A stretch of 64,000 bases of DNA from Squalus acanthias (GCA_030390025.1 CM059431.1:103976001-104040000), one strand, 5' to 3'. Shown: positions 24,147 to 35,889, counted from the first letter of the stretch. Translations and numbers: made by a program. Notes: generated from the letters alone by a model not told the origin.

Positions 24147-26170
24147 TTTCAGCTGTGGCTCAGTGGGTAGCACCCTTGCCTCTGGAGTCAGAAGGTTGTG
24201 GGTTCAAGTCCCACTCCAGGGACTTAAGCACAGAAAGCTAGGTTGACACTCTTAAGGAAGTGGCCCTAGAAATAGTAGATGCATTGCTGGTCATCTTCTA
24301 AAATTCTATAGACTCTGGAACAGTTGCCATGGATTGGAGGGTAGCTAATGTTACCCCACTATTCAAAAAAGCTGGTAGAGAGAAAATGGGGAATTATAGA
24401 CCGGTAAGCCTGACATCGGTAGTGGGGAAAATGCTAGAGTCCATTATAAAAGATGTAATAGCAGAGCACTTGGAAAACAGTGACAGGATCGGTCAAAGTC
24501 AACATGGATTTACAAAAGGTAAATCGTGCTTGATTAATCTACTGGAATTTTTTGAGGATGTAACTGGTAAAATAGATAAGGGAGAACCAGTGGATGTGGT
24601 GTATTTGGACTTTCAGAAGGCTTTCGATAAGGTCCCGCATAAGAGATTAGCGTGTAAAGTTAAAGCACATGGGATTGGGGGTAAGGTACTGACTTGGATA
24701 GAGAACTGGTTGGCAGACAGGAAGCAGAATTGGAATAAACGGGTCTTTTTCAGAGTGGCAGGCAGTGACTAGTGGGGTACCGCAGGGATCCGTCCTCGGA
24801 CCCCAGCTATTCACAATATATATTAATGATCTAGACGAGGGAACTAGATGTAATATCTCCAAGTTTGCAGATGACACAAAGCTGGGTGAGCGTGTGTGCT
24901 GTGAGGAGGATGCCGAGAAACTCCAGTATGATTTGGATAGGTTGGGTGATTGGGCAGATGCATGGCAAATGCAGTACAATGTGGATAAATGCGAGGTTAT
25001 CCACTTTGGTGGCAAAAACAGGAAGGCAGATTATTATCTGAACGGCAATAGATTGGGAGAAGGGGAAGTGCAACGAGACCTGGGTGTCCTTGTGCACCAG
25101 TCACTGAAGGTAAGCATGCAGGTGCGGCAGGCGGTTAAGAAGGCAAATGGTATGTTGGCCTTCGTAGCGAGAGGGTTCGAGTACAGGAACAAGGATATCT
25201 TGCTGCAGTTGTACAAAGCCTTAGTGAGACCACATCTTGAGTATTGTGTGCAGTTTTGGTCGCCTTATCTGAGGAAGGATGTTCTTGCCATGGAGGGAAT
25301 GCAGCGAAGATTCACCAGACTGATACCTGGGATGGCAGGAATGACGTATGAGGAGAGATTGGGTCGATTGGGCTTATACTCGCTGGAGTTTAGAAGAATG
25401 AGAGGGGATCTCATTGAAACTTATAAAATTCTAACAGGACTAGACAGACTAGATGCAGGAAGGATGTTCCCGATGGCCGGGGAGTCCAGAACCAGGGTTC
25501 ACAGTCTAAGGATAAGGGGTAAGCCATTTAGGACAGAGATGAGGAGGAATTTCTTCACCCAAAGAGTGGTGAACCTGTGGAATTCTCTACCACAGAAGGC
25601 AGTTGAGGCCAACTCATTAAATATATTCAAGAAGGAGTTAGATATATTTCTTTAGGCTAAAGGGATCAAGGGATATGGGGAGAAAGCAGGGACAGGGTAC
25701 TGAATTTGGATGATCAGCCATGATCTCATTGAATGGCGGAGCAGGCTCGAGAGGCCGAATGGCCTACTCCTGCTCCTATCTTCTATGATTCTATGATTCA
25801 CTCCAGTGCAGTGCTGAGGGAGTGCTGCACTGTCGGAGGTGCCGTCTTTTGGATGAGACGTTAAACCGAGGTCCCGTCTGTTCGCTCAGGTGGAAGTAAA
25901 AGATCCCATGGCACTATTTTGAAGAAGAATATAGAAGAGTTATCCGTAGTGTCCTGGCCAACTTATCCCTCAACCAACATAACAAAAACAGATCATCTGG
26001 TCATTATCAAATTGGTGTTTGTGGGAGCTTGCTGGGAGCAAATTGGCTGCCGCGTTTCCTACATTACAACAGTGACTCCACTTCAAAAGTACTTAATTGG
26101 CTGTAAAGCGCTTTGAGATGTCCGGTGGTTGTGAAAGGCGCTCTATAAATGCAAGTCTTTCTTTCTGTTT
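24147..26170 (+). mobile_element. Deu-SINE split by a CR1 insertion
   Basis: Head at 24147-24251, body resumes at 25799; CACTC is duplicated at both junctions. Confidence 0.85.
24252..25798 (+). mobile_element. CR1 LINE RT and C-terminus, 5'-truncated, one frameshift
   Basis: [40 protein letters not shown]; (ATTCTATG)n tail. Confidence 0.95.
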
Positions 26171-26754
26171 TTCATCATGACTTCATTAATGGCCATGAAT
26201 ATCTGCGAATCTAAAAGGTGGCATTCAAAATTAGTGAGTATGGCAGAATACCGAATAATTATTTACATCTTTAATCTTGACTGAATAAAAAGTTCCAATA
26301 TTATTTTTAAAATACATTCAGGGATCGATTATTTTATTTCAGCATGGACCTTCCCTCTGATTGAGCATTGATGCATAACCTCCCTTGTTTTATTGGTAGA
26401 TAGGTATTATTGTAAGAAAGGTTATAGTTATTGAGTTATTGTATAACATACGGACAGAAATAAAACAGATGGTCCATTGAGTCTGTTCCATTCAGCTATG
26501 TTGCTGCTGAGCAACACAACCCCTCATACTCCCCACCTACCAGCAACCAAGTTATCTCCTGGGAACCAGAGGGTAAAAACCCTAGGCCAGTTCAGGGGAA
26601 CAAACACATTCTGGGAAATTACTCTCCAACCTCCAAAAACGAGTTCCAGACACTAGCAATGACCACAAGGTAAATTACCCAACACCCCAATGTATCTTCT
26701 TTTTGCAGCAATATCAACCTCATCCAACAGAACTTGTCCAGCACCCATTTTACA

Positions 26755-26875
26755 ACATTTCCCACATTACAACAGTGACTCCACTTCAAATAGTACTTCA
26801 TTGGCTGTAAAGCGCTTTGAGACGTCTGGTGATCGTGAAAGACGCTATATAAATGCAAGTCTTTCTTTCTTTATT
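26755..26875 (+). mobile_element. Deu-SINE 3' fragment
   Basis: CACATTACAACAGTGACT...ATAAATGCAAGTCTTTCTTTC. Confidence 0.75.
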
Positions 26876-27989
26876 TGAACGTTTCGTAACAAATTAAACT
26901 GTGGAAAAATAAGAAAGCAGATTCTTATAGATTGGAAAGAAACATTGACTGATCACCTCACTGTACATCACAGAGTGAGCAAACTCAGGCTCAACTACTG
27001 TAAGGAATTGGATAGAACTGCTGAAGTAGTTTTAAAGAAAGTCTATTACTACAAATGTGTAGTAAAGGACATATATGGAAACAAAGTTGTGATAAAACTC
27101 ACACACTAGGACAGCAAAGAATGGACTAGCTGGTCGACTCTCTCAGGACGAACTATGTGCTTCATGGGAACAGACAATTCTATAGATAATAGGGAGGGAG
27201 GCTATCTGTGGTGTTGGTCCCATTGAAGTTGGACAGGTGCACAGAGCCATGAGTGTGACGTTCCCCTGAATGTTATATCAGCATGCACTGATTATACACA
27301 AATGCTTAAAAGTTCATGTAATGTCAATTCAATGCCCAAATGGACATGAGCTTAAGTACTCATAAGGATAGATTTTGCTAAATTTACTCTGCGAGTGTAG
27401 AGTTTTGCAGCTAAGTGCGTATATTGGGAATACTACCAGACCCCGTAGGATCTCTTGCCCTTTAAAATTAATTTGTAAAACCTCACGTCATATACATCCA
27501 AACACAAAATTACTTCCCTTTTAATATAACTGGCAGTCTGTCATTCTTTTACTGTGTTAGGAAAGAGACTATCAATTGTGCAAAAGTAAAGCAAACTGAA
27601 CACATTTGGTGCTTAGAAAATCTAAACAGGTGAAACCACTAACAGTTTTGTCATCATGCATATTTCCAATAAGTATTAATAGTGACAGAAATTATGACCG
27701 GAATTTTCTTTACCTGGGTGGGTCGGGTACAGGCGGTTGGCGTGGCAGGTCGCGACCCCGTTCTGTCTTCCATCCCGCTGCAGAAATCGACTTTGCGCTA
27801 ATGGGGCCTATTAAGCCCGCGCTGCGTGTTACCCAGCCCAATTAAATGTTGTGGGTCTGATGACATCATTGATGACGCGTTTTCAGCCGGTAGATTTAAA
27901 GGAGCCGTGGCCACATTGCATTTGAAGGTTCATCGAGGAGTGTGCAGTCACTGCACTGGAGGCTTTGATTGCTGCAAACACTTGGAGAC

Positions 27990-28699
27990 ATGACTGCACA
28001 GAGGCAGAGGGCTGCACCCAGATTCTCCGATGACTCCCTCCATCTGCTTGTGGAGGGAGTCAGAGCAGGCAGGGAGGTCCTCTTCCTTCCAATGGGTGGA
28101 AGAGACCTCCCCAGCAGACAAAAAGTGCCTGGCTCCAAATTGCAGAGGAGGTGAACAGCAGGGATGTGTTCAGGAGGACCTGGGTGCAGTGCTGGAAATG
28201 CTTCAATGATTTCATTAGATCAGGAAAGGTGAGTACAAAGCCACACTCAACTTCATCCTCCTGCGCCTCTCATCACATCCCCATCACTCTGCCTTCCCTA
28301 CTCTACTCCTGCACATCCTTATTTTGCACATCCACCCATCCCTCTCTATCTATATTATCACATCCCCATCTTACTGGCCACCCCTTACACTCACCCTCAT
28401 CCTAGTGCAATCATACCAACTAACAACACACAAGGAGGCCACTTGGCATTGGCACCACACTCCACCAGATGTAACCCGTCCATTCCTTACACTCGTTCCA
28501 TCACTCTCACTCAACCTTCTCTTCTTTCCCTCCTTGCAGGAAAAGAGAACGCTCAATAAGAGGGAGAGGGAGAGAACAGGAGGTGGGCCTCCATCAGTTG
28601 CCACCCTTACAACAGCAGAGGAGGCTGCATTAGATGTATCGGGAGTGGCCAAACAGCTGCAGGTGGGAGACAGAGCGAAGGGGACATCTCAGCAACCTG
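27990..28699 (+). pseudogene. Harbinger Myb/SANT-like (trihelix) DNA-binding protein; exons 27990-28228 and 28540-~28699
   Basis: MTAQRQRAAPRFSDDSLHLLVEGV...AWLQIAEEVNSRDVFRRTWVQCWKCFND...GK | EKRTLNKRERERTGGGPP; AAG|GTGAGT donor, polypyrimidine-TTGCAG acceptor; one frameshift in exon 1. Confidence 0.85.
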
Positions 28700-28999
28700 G
28701 TGACAGAATTACTTATCATACAGGATAGATGTCTATCTATGGAGAATAGATGGGAAGACACTCATAGACCTCCTATCTAGGAGATATGTTAGCGTAGACG
28801 TGGGTCCTCGTGGCACCTCATAGAAGCATGCGTAAGAGAAAGATGACACACAAGTAGATTCATGTGCAAAATATGTTGGTGTGAATAAGGAAGTGCACTT
28901 GTGTGTATATTCAATGTTAATGTCAAATTTCCGTTAATGTGATGTCAATCATAAAAATCTTTATTTTCACCACTTTCCAGTCTTGGACAACATTTTTTT

Positions 29000-29145
29000 T
29001 ATAGAATCATAGAAGATAGGAGCAGGAGTAGGCCATTCGGCCCCTCTAGCCTGCTCCGCCATTCAATGCGATCATGGCTGATCATCCAAATTCAGTACTC
29101 TGTCCCTGCTTTCTCCCCATATCCCTTGATCCCTTTAGCCTTAAG
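29000..29145 (-). mobile_element. CR1 3' UTR fragment inserted in the Harbinger
   Basis: ATAGAATCATAGAAGATAGGAGCAGGAGTAGGCCATTCGG... Confidence 0.85.
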
Positions 29146-29324
29146 AAAAATTTGGAAGTGGCGTAGTGAGTTGCAGTGAATGGTGAGACATAATGGTACC
29201 TCTAGCAATGGTGGTCAGTGTGAAATGAATGGCTTGGGCATTGTAGGGATCCTTTATGATGTTGCTGTGGGGTGGTGCCAACCTAGCACAGCATGTGGCA
29301 GCCATATGGGTGTACCGTGTAAAG

Positions 29325-30556
29325 CTAAGTAAATCTGACCACGGTGAGGCCATCTCTGGCCTCCCAGGCAGCAATGTGCTCGAGTGCTGGTGCCATCTGC
29401 ACTGCAGGTTCCTCCAGCTCCTGCTTCCCCTCGTCTTCCAGCTGATGCTCCTCCTCCTCCTCCTCCTCCTCCTCTGAAGAGGCTGTGCGCTCAGTGCCTT
29501 GCTCCTCATGCAGCGCTAATTCTCGCTGCTGCGCTATGTTGTGCAGGGTGCAGCAGACCATGAGGATTCTGGAGACCCTGGCTGGTGCGTACTGAAGGGC
29601 TCCTCCAGATCTGTCAAGGCATCTGAAGCGCATTTTCAGTATGCCTATTGTCTGCTCTATGACACATCTGGTGGAAAAATGGCTTTCATTGTGTCTTTCC
29701 TAGGCCTCAGTACTTGGCTTCCTCAAGGGTGTCATGAGCCACGTCGTCAATGGATAGCTCTTGTTTCCAAGCAGCCGGCTGGAAAGTCTGTTTGGAGGTA
29801 CAAAGAGCTGAGGGAGGGTGGACTGACACAGGACAAAAGAGTCATGACAGCTGCCAGGGAATTTGGCGCACACATGCATGATGATCTTCCTATGGTTGCA
29901 GACCAGTTGCACATTGAGGGAGTGAAAGCCCTTGTGGTTGACAAAGACTCCTGGGTTATGATGGGATGCCCTGATGGCCACATGTGTGCAGTCGCTGATG
30001 CCCTGCACCCGTGGGAAGCCAGCCAGAGCAGCAAAGCTGAGCACACGCTCAGTAACACTGGCGGCATCAGTGGCAAAGCTGATATAATTGGCTGACTTGT
30101 CAAACAGGGCATGGGTGACCTGTGTGATGCATCTGTGGGCGGCCGACTGTGAGATGCCGCAAATGTCTGCTGCAGATCCCTGGAAGGAGCCTGCGGCGAT
30201 GAAGTTGAGGTCGCTGGTGACTTTGACAGCCACTGGTAAGGCATGTCCACCAGGTCTTCTGGGCTGCAGGTCTTCCTCCAGTAATGTGCAAATTCCTGTG
30301 ACAACCTGTTGTGATAGCCTGAGCCTCCTTTGGCACTGCTGCTCAGTCAAGTTGAGGAAGCTCATCCTCTGCCTGTATGCCCTGTGTTGGGGGTATTGCC
30401 TCCGGCGCGGTACAGCCCTGTGCTGATGCTCTCTGTCCTGTGCAGCATCAGGTGGTTGAGGAGAATGTTGGAGGTGTTGTTGTTGGTGCTGCTGGGTTGG
30501 GGCTCATCGTGGTCCGATTCTGAGGACCAAGGTGAGACTGTATAAATGGCACCCTG
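29325..30556 (-). pseudogene. HARBI1-like Harbinger DDE transposase
   Basis: [67 protein letters not shown], acidic C-terminus; ORFs 29700-30365 and 29325-29633 share a frame and are separated by one TAG; N-terminal frameshift. Confidence 0.93.
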
Positions 30557-30720
30557 CTGATGGAATAGGTGGCAGGTCAAGTAGTGATGAGAGAAGCAAT
30601 CTGTCAATGATGTGATAGGTTCTAACAATGAGGTGAGACTGGATGGCGACTTTGCTGCAAACACTTGCAGCCTCTAGAAAGCTAAATGTGTGATGGAAAT
30701 GCAGTCAGCAACAACTTCTG

Positions 30721-30813
30721 ACGGATGTCTTCGACCTGAAACATTAACTCTGTTTCTCTCTCCATGGATGCTGCCTGGCCTGCTGAGTTTTTCAAGCGTT
30801 TTCTGTTGTTATT
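30721..30813 (+). mobile_element. Short insertion carrying a degenerate hammerhead motif (PLE-related)
   Basis: Flanked by a 16-bp duplication TCAGCAACAACTTCTG (30705-30720, 30814-30829); reads CTGACGGA-TGTCTTCGACCT-GAAACATT across the left junction. Confidence 0.6.
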
Positions 30814-31793
30814 TCAGCAACAACTTCTGCCTGAGGAAAGTGATCAGCTGTGAGGTGGGAGCTTTTCATGCTGTCAACTAATCAGCTGGAGCAATGACCA
30901 CTGAACTCCCGCCTCAGGTTGACAGACGTGGTTACCGAGCTGCGTGAATCCCGTGGTCGCGCAGGGAAATTTGAAACTTAGGCCACAGCGAAAAATCGCA
31001 TAGACCTCCTCAGAAGGCGAACACGGGACACAACCAACAGAGTACCCTACGTAGTCCAGTACTTCCCTGGAGTGGAGAAACTACGCCATGTTCTTCGCAG
31101 CCTTCAACATGTCATCGATGACGATGAACACCTCGCTAAGGCCATCCCCACGCCTCCACTACTCGCCTTCAAACAGCCGCCGAACCTCAAAAGTACCATC
31201 GTTCGCAGCAAATTACCCAGCTTTCAGGAGAACAGCGACCACGACACCACACAACCCTGCCACGGCAACCTCTGCAAGACATGCCAGATCATCAACACAG
31301 ATACCATCATCACACGTGAGGACACTACCCTCCAGGTACATGGTACATACTGATGTGACTCGGCCAACGTTGTCTCCCTCATACGTTGCAGGAAAGGATG
31401 CCCCGGAGCATGGTACATTGGCGAGACCGTGCAGACACTGCGACAACGTATGAACGGACACCGCGCAACAATCGCCAGGCAGGATTGTTACCTCCCAGTC
31501 GGGGAACACTTCAGCAGTCAAGGACATTCAGCCTTGGATCTTCGGGTAAGCGTTCTCCAAGGCGGCCTTCGAGACACACGACAACGCAAAATCATCGAGC
31601 AGAAACTGATAGCCAAGTTCCGCACCCATGAGGACGGCCTCAACCGGGATCTTGGGTTCATGTCACGCTACATGTAAGCCCACCTGACGTAGAGTCATCC
31701 AGACTTGAGTCATCGTTGGCTTGTTCACAGATGTGATTTCCAGTAAAAAGAGTAAAAAGTTTAAAGTTTATGGTTTTCCATACATAGATACAT

Positions 31794-33830
31794 AGATACA
31801 TAGAAGATAGGAGCAGGAGTAGGCCATCCGGCCCTTCGAGCCTGCTCCGCCATTTAATGAGATCATGGCTGATCCTTCAATTCAGTATCCCGTCCCCGCC
31901 TTCTCTCCGTAACCCTTAACCCCTTTTGCCTGTAGAAATATATCTAATTCCCTCTTAAATATATTTAATGAGCTGGCGTACACTGCCCTCTGTGGCAATG
32001 AGTTCCACAGGTTCACCACTCTCTGAGTGAAGAAATTCCCCCTCATTTCTGTCCTAAATGGTTTAGCCCTTATCCTTAAATTATGTCCTCTAGTTCTGTT
32101 CTCACCCGCCAAGGGAAACATTCCTTCTGCATCTAATCTGTCTAGACCTGTCAGAATTTTATACACTTCTATGAGGTCCCCTCTCAATCTTCTAAACTCC
32201 AGTGTGTACATCCCTAAACTACATAGTCTCTCCTCATAGGTCAATCCCGCCATTCCTGGTATCAGCCTGGTGAATCGCCGCTGCACCCCCTCCATGGCAA
32301 GAACATCTTTCCTCAGATGAGGCGACCAAAACTGTACACAGTACTCGAGGTGTGGTCTCACCAGTGCCCTGTACAGCTGCAGCAAGGTATCCCTGTTCCT
32401 GTATTCCAACCCTTTTGCTATGAAGGCCAGCATACCGTTTGCCTTCTTGACCGCCTGTTGCACCTGCATGCTCGCCTTCAGTGACTGGTGTACAAGAACA
32501 CCCAGGTCTCTCTGTACTTCCCCCTCTCCCAATTTATTGCCATTTAAATAATAATTTGCCCTCCCGTTCCTGCACCCAAGGTGGATAACTTCGCACTTGT
32601 CCACATTATAGTGCATCTGCCATTTATCCGCCCAATCACCCAGTCTGTCCAAATCGCTCTGGAGCTTCCTGGTCTCCTCCTCTGAGCCCACCCCCCCTCC
32701 TAGTTTAGTGTCGTCTGCAAATTTGGAAATGCTGCATTCGACTCCCTGATCCAGGTCATTAATATAAATTGTGAACAGCTGGGGACCCAGGACAGATCCC
32801 TGTGGTACCCCACTTGTTACTGCCTGCCATTCAGAAAATGAGCCGTTTATTCCAACTCTCTGTTTTCTATCTGACAGCCAGTTCTCTATCCACGTCAATA
32901 CTTTCCCCTTTATCCCATGAGCTTCAATTTTCCATGCTAATCTTTTATGTGGGACCTTATCGAAGGCCTTTTGGAAGTCCAGGTACACCACATCTACTGG
33001 CTCTCCCCCATCTATTTTACCAGTTACTCCCTCAAAAAATTCCAATAGATTAGTCAAGCACGATTTACCCTTTGTAAATCCATGTTGACTCTGTCCTATC
33101 CTGTCCCCATTTGCTAAGTGCTCGGCTATTTCATCCTTAATGATGGACTCCAGCATTTTGCCCACAACTGATGTAAGGCTTACAGGTCTGTAATTACCTG
33201 CTTTTTCCCTACCCCCCTTTTTGAATAGTGGGGTAACGTTAGCTACCCTCCAATCCATGGGCACTGTTCCCGAGTCTAATGAATTCTGAAAAATCATGCT
33301 TAGTGCATCCGCTATCTCTAGGGCCACCTCCTTCAGTACCCTAGGATGCATGTTATCAGGCCCTGGGGATTTGTCCGCCTTCAATCCCTTTAGCTTCCTT
33401 AACACCATATCCTTAGAGATATTGATTTGCGTCAGTTCCTCCTTTGCCAATGTCCCTATTTTTCCCGATATCCCAGGGAGGTTTTTTGTGTCTTCCTTCG
33501 TAAAGACTGACCCAAAGTATGCATTTAGTTGGTCTGCCATTTCCTTATTTCCCATTATATATTCCCCCGTATCTGACTGCAATGGACCAACTTTGGTTTT
33601 CACCAGTCTTTTCCTCTTGATATACTTATAAAAGCTTTTGGAGTTAGTTTTTATATTTTCCGCCAGCTTGCTTTCGTAAGCTATTTTGCCCTTCTTGATT
33701 AAGCCCTTTGCCCTCCTTTGCTCTATCTTAAACTGTTCCCAATCTTCCGCTCTGGCGCGTTTTTTGGCTATTTTATACGCCCTATCTTTGGATTTTATGC
33801 TGTCTCTAATTTCCCCTGTTATCCACGGTT
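31794..33830 (-). mobile_element. Young CR1 LINE, 5'-truncated, inserted in the PLE
   Basis: Uninterrupted RT ORF; (TATCTATG)n tail. Confidence 0.95.
31882..33603 (-). CDS. CR1 ORF2 reverse transcriptase and C-terminus (573 aa open; endonuclease lost by truncation)
   Basis: [43 protein letters not shown]; no stops. Confidence 0.85.
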   Translation of the reverse strand: MKTKVGPLQSDTGEYIMGNKEMADQLNAYFGSVFTKEDTKNLPGISGKIGTLAKEELTQINISKDMVLRKLKGLKADKSPGPDNMHPRVLKEVALEIADALSMIFQNSLDSGTVPMDWRVANVTPLFKKGGREKAGNYRPVSLTSVVGKMLESIIKDEIAEHLANGDRIGQSQHGFTKGKSCLTNLLEFFEGVTGKIDGGEPVDVVYLDFQKAFDKVPHKRLAWKIEAHGIKGKVLTWIENWLSDRKQRVGINGSFSEWQAVTSGVPQGSVLGPQLFTIYINDLDQGVECSISKFADDTKLGGGVGSEEETRKLQSDLDRLGDWADKWQMHYNVDKCEVIHLGCRNGRANYYLNGNKLGEGEVQRDLGVLVHQSLKASMQVQQAVKKANGMLAFIAKGLEYRNRDTLLQLYRALVRPHLEYCVQFWSPHLRKDVLAMEGVQRRFTRLIPGMAGLTYEERLCSLGMYTLEFRRLRGDLIEVYKILTGLDRLDAEGMFPLAGENRTRGHNLRIRAKPFRTEMRGNFFTQRVVNLWNSLPQRAVYASSLNIFKRELDIFLQAKGVKGYGEKAGTGY

Positions 33831-34054
33831 GACTGCAGCATTTGACACATTAGACCCCCTGTGACCCCACCTCATTGTCCTAGTTGTATCTTGCTATGTC
33901 TTTGATATAATGTCTTCCTGACTGACCTGATTGTTTCTCTGCCGAGGTGTGATAAAAGGCAGTCAGAAAGATTAACTGTAGTTGTCTGACATTGTACGCT
34001 GCACAGGCATTGTTCTCTGTCTATATATGCTTTGTCGATTTGTATTCCTTCACT

Positions 34055-34092
34055 TCACCTGACGAAGGAGCAGCAGCTCCGAAAGCTTGTGA
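34055..34092 (+). ncRNA. Minimal hammerhead ribozyme in the PLE 3' region
   Basis: TCAC-CTGACGA-A-GGAGC-AGCA-GCTCC-GAAA-GCTT-GTGA; palindromic AAGCTT in place of stem III. Confidence 0.78.
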
Positions 34093-34584
34093 TTTCAAAT
34101 AAAACTGTTGGACTATAACCTGGTGTTGTGCGACTTCTCACTTTAGTTACTTCTGGAAGTTGCAGACCATTTCTGCACTGATGAAATAATAAAGACGCAC
34201 TTTACCCCTGCTTCCCGAGTTTCCCAGGACTGGCCATTGACAAGAATTTAACGGTTCTTAAAAAGCATATTTTGTTACTAATTTTTGCTGGTATATGTTA
34301 AGCTGGGAGCAAGACCTAAAGTCTGTCATGACTTTCGAATCCATTTATGCATGCACTCTTCACTTTTGACAAAAATAAACAGACAGAAAATATTCCTTAG
34401 GATTTATGAGGAGTAAGATTTAGTCTAATAACTGGCGTTGACATTAAAAAGAAAAAGAATCATGTTGCAATTTTCTACCGTTACAAATACAGATTTAGTA
34501 AAACTGACAACCAGGGGGAACAGACTTTAATTTGCATCTGATTCTGAACTGGCCACAGCGTTGAATGTTTGAGGCTGGTGCAAC

Positions 34585-34955
34585 CTCTGAGTCTAGAAGC
34601 TTGTGGGTTCAAATCCCACTCCTGCGACTTGAGCACATAATCCAGACTGATACTCCAGTGCAGTGTTGAGGGAGTGCTCGTGCTGTCTTTCGGATGAGAC
34701 GTTAAACTGAGGCCCCGTCTGCCCTCTCAGGTGGATGCAAAAGATCCCATGGCCACTATTTCGACGAAGAGCAGGGGAGTTATCCCCGGTGTCCTGGGGC
34801 CAATATTTATCCCTCAACCAACATCATTAAGAAAGATTATCTGGTCATTATCACATTGCTGTTTGTGGGAGCTTGCTGTGCACAAATTGGCTGTGAAGTG
34901 TTTTGGGACATCTTGAGGTCGTGAAAGGCGCTATATAAATGCAAGTCTTTTTTTG
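34585..34955 (+). mobile_element. Deu-SINE with internal deletions
   Basis: B box GGTTCAAATCC, Deu core, GGCGCTATATAAATGCAAGTC tail. Confidence 0.85.
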
Positions 34956-35889
34956 TACAGTTTTAAGGAAGAAATCGCACTGTGAGATATTTAGTAACAG
35001 AGTACATTAACAAGTTCATATTAAATTTGTTTTGCCGTGACAGGAATGAATGCTCAATCCATTTGTTAAAATAATGGGCACAGTAATTTCATATTGATAC
35101 ATTAATTACTGATTTCATGCCTTATTTTTATTTTTTTTAAAAAGCAGCTCCCAAAACAATAAGGGAATAATAAACTGTACATTTTAATGAAACCCTAAAG
35201 TAGAAACTGCTCAAAACTAGCTGATGCTAATTGTAGACGTGCCGAAACATAATTGCTAAAGCCTTTGCACTGAAGCCAGAGGGTTTCTGTGAAGCAACTT
35301 TTAAAAAATTGTAGGAGGAATTATGGAAATGTTGAGGATGGTTGCTTAATTATTCATAGCAGGAATTACTCCTTATGTGTACACATCGAATAAAATTGTT
35401 TAGACAGTGAACGCCATGCTAATTGGAATTGTGCGAAAGGAGAGAGACACGAAGATATGTGTAGAAAGTGGCCAATCGGCTCATTGGGCTGTGCCTATTA
35501 TGCTAAATACTGTATAAATTAATTATAACCAGTAGATTCCTCCAAAAGGTTTCTTATAGTGTACAAAACAATGGGTTTTATTTTAATATGGAGCTATGAT
35601 TTTGCCTGACTATTGTTGGCACTGATTTGTTGATTCTGACTTAATATATGGATTTTCGTTCTGTTGCAGTTCAGTGAATAGGTTAGCATTGACAGCTTGG
35701 TGTTCAGTAATTCTGTACTAATACCACTTCTGTCGAAGTACAATGGAAAGTAACGTACCATTTAGACTATTCAAACTGGACCAGTTGACAGAATGAATTC
35801 ACCTATTCTTATATGCCGCTGAAATCAACCAAGTAATGCTCTGCACGGTCCCGCCCCCAACGCGCCTTCATTGAGAAAATCCAGCCCTA

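Larger units (their letters stand above)
27696..30980. mobile_element. PIF/Harbinger DNA transposon with convergent Myb/SANT and transposase genes; right end uncertain, may continue past the PLE
   Basis: Left end GACCGGAATTTTC; two diagnostic genes; the left part is homologous to the copy at 44805-47991. Confidence 0.88.
30981..34143 (+). mobile_element. Penelope-like retroelement, 5'-truncated, split by a CR1
   Basis: PPLLAFKQPPNLK, CHGNLCKTC, NVVSLIRCRKGCPGAWYIGET, GEHFS, GLNRD (GIY-YIG domain; one in-frame TGA at ~31351); 3' region resumes at ~33831. Confidence 0.92.

Noticed and set aside
24647..25216. Antisense ORFs over CR1, RTE and L2 elements, here and throughout the window
   Set aside because: Shadow frames of TE coding sequence
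29325..30365. Host HARBI1 gene
   Set aside because: It has a stop codon and GD>GN change, sits beside a Myb partner, and has a second decayed copy nearby, so it is a transposon rather than the domesticated gene
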